Source: Phoronis australis
Lineage: Eukaryota > Animalia > Phoronida
Length of the DNA stretch: 64,000 nucleotides
Direction: 5' to 3'
Assembly (NCBI GenBank): GCA_002633005.1
Contig: NMRA01000104.1
Location: 900,175 to 964,174, forward strand
Shown piece by piece: positions 62,652 through 64,000 of this stretch. Under the pieces are notes generated by a model. It ran no database searches. It was not told the DNA's origin and worked only from the letters and a program-made list of their open reading frames with translations. The position numbers and the translations under genes were made by a program. Position 1 is the first letter of the stretch. Each line of letters begins with the position of its first letter.

Positions 62652-63349
62652 TTCGACCTTCTCGCACTGACGTCTTCGGGGAGTGAAGCCGAGTCGGCCG
62701 CCTACTATTAGTATGCGGACAGCAGGGACGGATCCAGGATTTTGAGTTGGGGGGCTACGGCAGAGTATTAGCCATGATTTTGCCCGTCAGACATACGCAC
62801 CCCCCGAACTGCCACATGGAATCTGGAAGAATTTTAGGGGGGCCATGGACCCTTGCCCCCCTCTAAATCCGCCACTGGACAGTCCTGATTTCAGAGTGTT
62901 AATTATAGCCTTTTATTGACACACGATTTCATTTTATTACCGCTTTAGTTTCTAGAAATGTAACTGAAGTTTTTACCCTGACAAAGCCCTGTCGCGAACA
63001 GCGCTTACTGATTTCATCGACAAATCACAACGGTACAAAGCTTTTATAACTTTGGAACAGACAATACAGAAACGAGTATCATTTACCAGAAATAACATCC
63101 AGGTGGCAGCACTATAATTAGATACGCACTCAGCATTCGAAGAAAAAAAATCAATGGCCGCTACTCACTACTGACGTTTGACAGTCAGGGTAAGAACTTC
63201 AATTATAGATTTTCCCATTACTTGACACTAAAGCTGTTAGAAAATTAAATCGTGATTCAATAAAAGGCTATAATTACTACTCAAAAATGTCAGCACAGCG
63301 ATTAGGACTGTCCGCCCGCCGAAGACGCCAGTGTACGGGAGAATCGAGT
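62652..63349. mobile_element. Foldback element with long imperfect inverted arms
   Basis: CACTGACGTCTTCGG...GCGGACAG-TCCTGAT...TAATTATAGCCTTTTATTGA pairs with TCAATAAAAGGCTATAATTA...ATTAGGACTGTCCGC...CCGAAGACGCCAGTG. The left arm is split by a nested MITE. Confidence 0.7.
62723..62877. mobile_element. MITE with CAG termini and 5-bp TSD, copy 2 (nested)
   Basis: CAGGGACGGATCCAGGATTT ... AAATCCGCCACTG with TSD GACAG. The uninterrupted target is visible in the opposite arm of the host foldback element (GGACTGTCCGC). Confidence 0.85.
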
Positions 63350-64000
63350 TCAAACACGCAAAGGCGAGATCTACCTCATTATCTGTTTCACCTATGGCCT
63401 GAATGTCTCCTTCACCCCCATCTCTATACCTGTCTCCATAGTACTCGTTAAGCCCACTCTCTAAATTGTAAGTCTTCGTTACCTACAAAATTACTGCTAT
63501 CCTCCATTGCGTATATGCTGTCAACTGATCAAAGTCTTCCATTGATGACATCACGTGGCGGGAAACCAAAAAAATCATTAATTTTTCTTCAAAAGTCATC
63601 AATTTTCCCCAAAATAGGTGTTTCGCTGTTATAACGGTCTAAAACCACAAAAAGTGCAAAAATCTATTCTAGGAACGCTTCTAAGTGAAGCCAGAAAGAG
63701 GCTGGTCTCTAGGGCTAGGCACCGTGAAATTGTTAAACGCCGGGTCTCGATCATATCGAACGCGAACTTGTTCTTCAGCGTGTGAAAGGCACTCGTCATA
63801 CTGGTGCATTGCACACGTGGATTACACTCGCTCTAACGAGTGCTTAGTTTCGTTCCTTCGCCGCCAGGTGAGAAGGAGTAAAAATACACTCGTATGAATG
63901 AGTGCATAACTTCGTTATTTCGCCGTCAGGTAGACGCAGGCACCACTCCTACGAGTGAAATGCGTTCGTACTGAGGAATACATAGCTTTGTTCTTTCACC

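Overview
This is eukaryotic animal DNA: AT-rich, with GT-AG introns and many repeats. The innexin sequences look lophotrochozoan, but the species cannot be determined from the window. It holds a tandem cluster of three same-strand innexin (invertebrate gap-junction/hemichannel) genes with CDS at 19669-20865, 32091-33290 and 56322-57518. Each CDS lies in one exon, with a splice acceptor 1 nt before the ATG. Innexins 1 and 3 are about 93% identical in protein, and each has a paralogous core promoter plus non-coding first exon far upstream (~5.8 kb and ~49.8 kb). Between innexins 2 and 3 is an 8.76-kb P-superfamily DNA transposon (40215-48977, 7-bp TSD). Its THAP-domain transposase can be rebuilt by hand from 10 phase-compatible exons and is intact except for one 1-bp frameshift near the C-terminus. 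The rest is MITEs (Kolobok-, hAT-, Harbinger-like and a 5-bp-TSD family), decayed LINE pieces and palindromes. Three single-N gaps are flanked by duplicated sequence and are probably haplotype or assembly artefacts. All coordinates and alignments were made by eye; no database searches were run.
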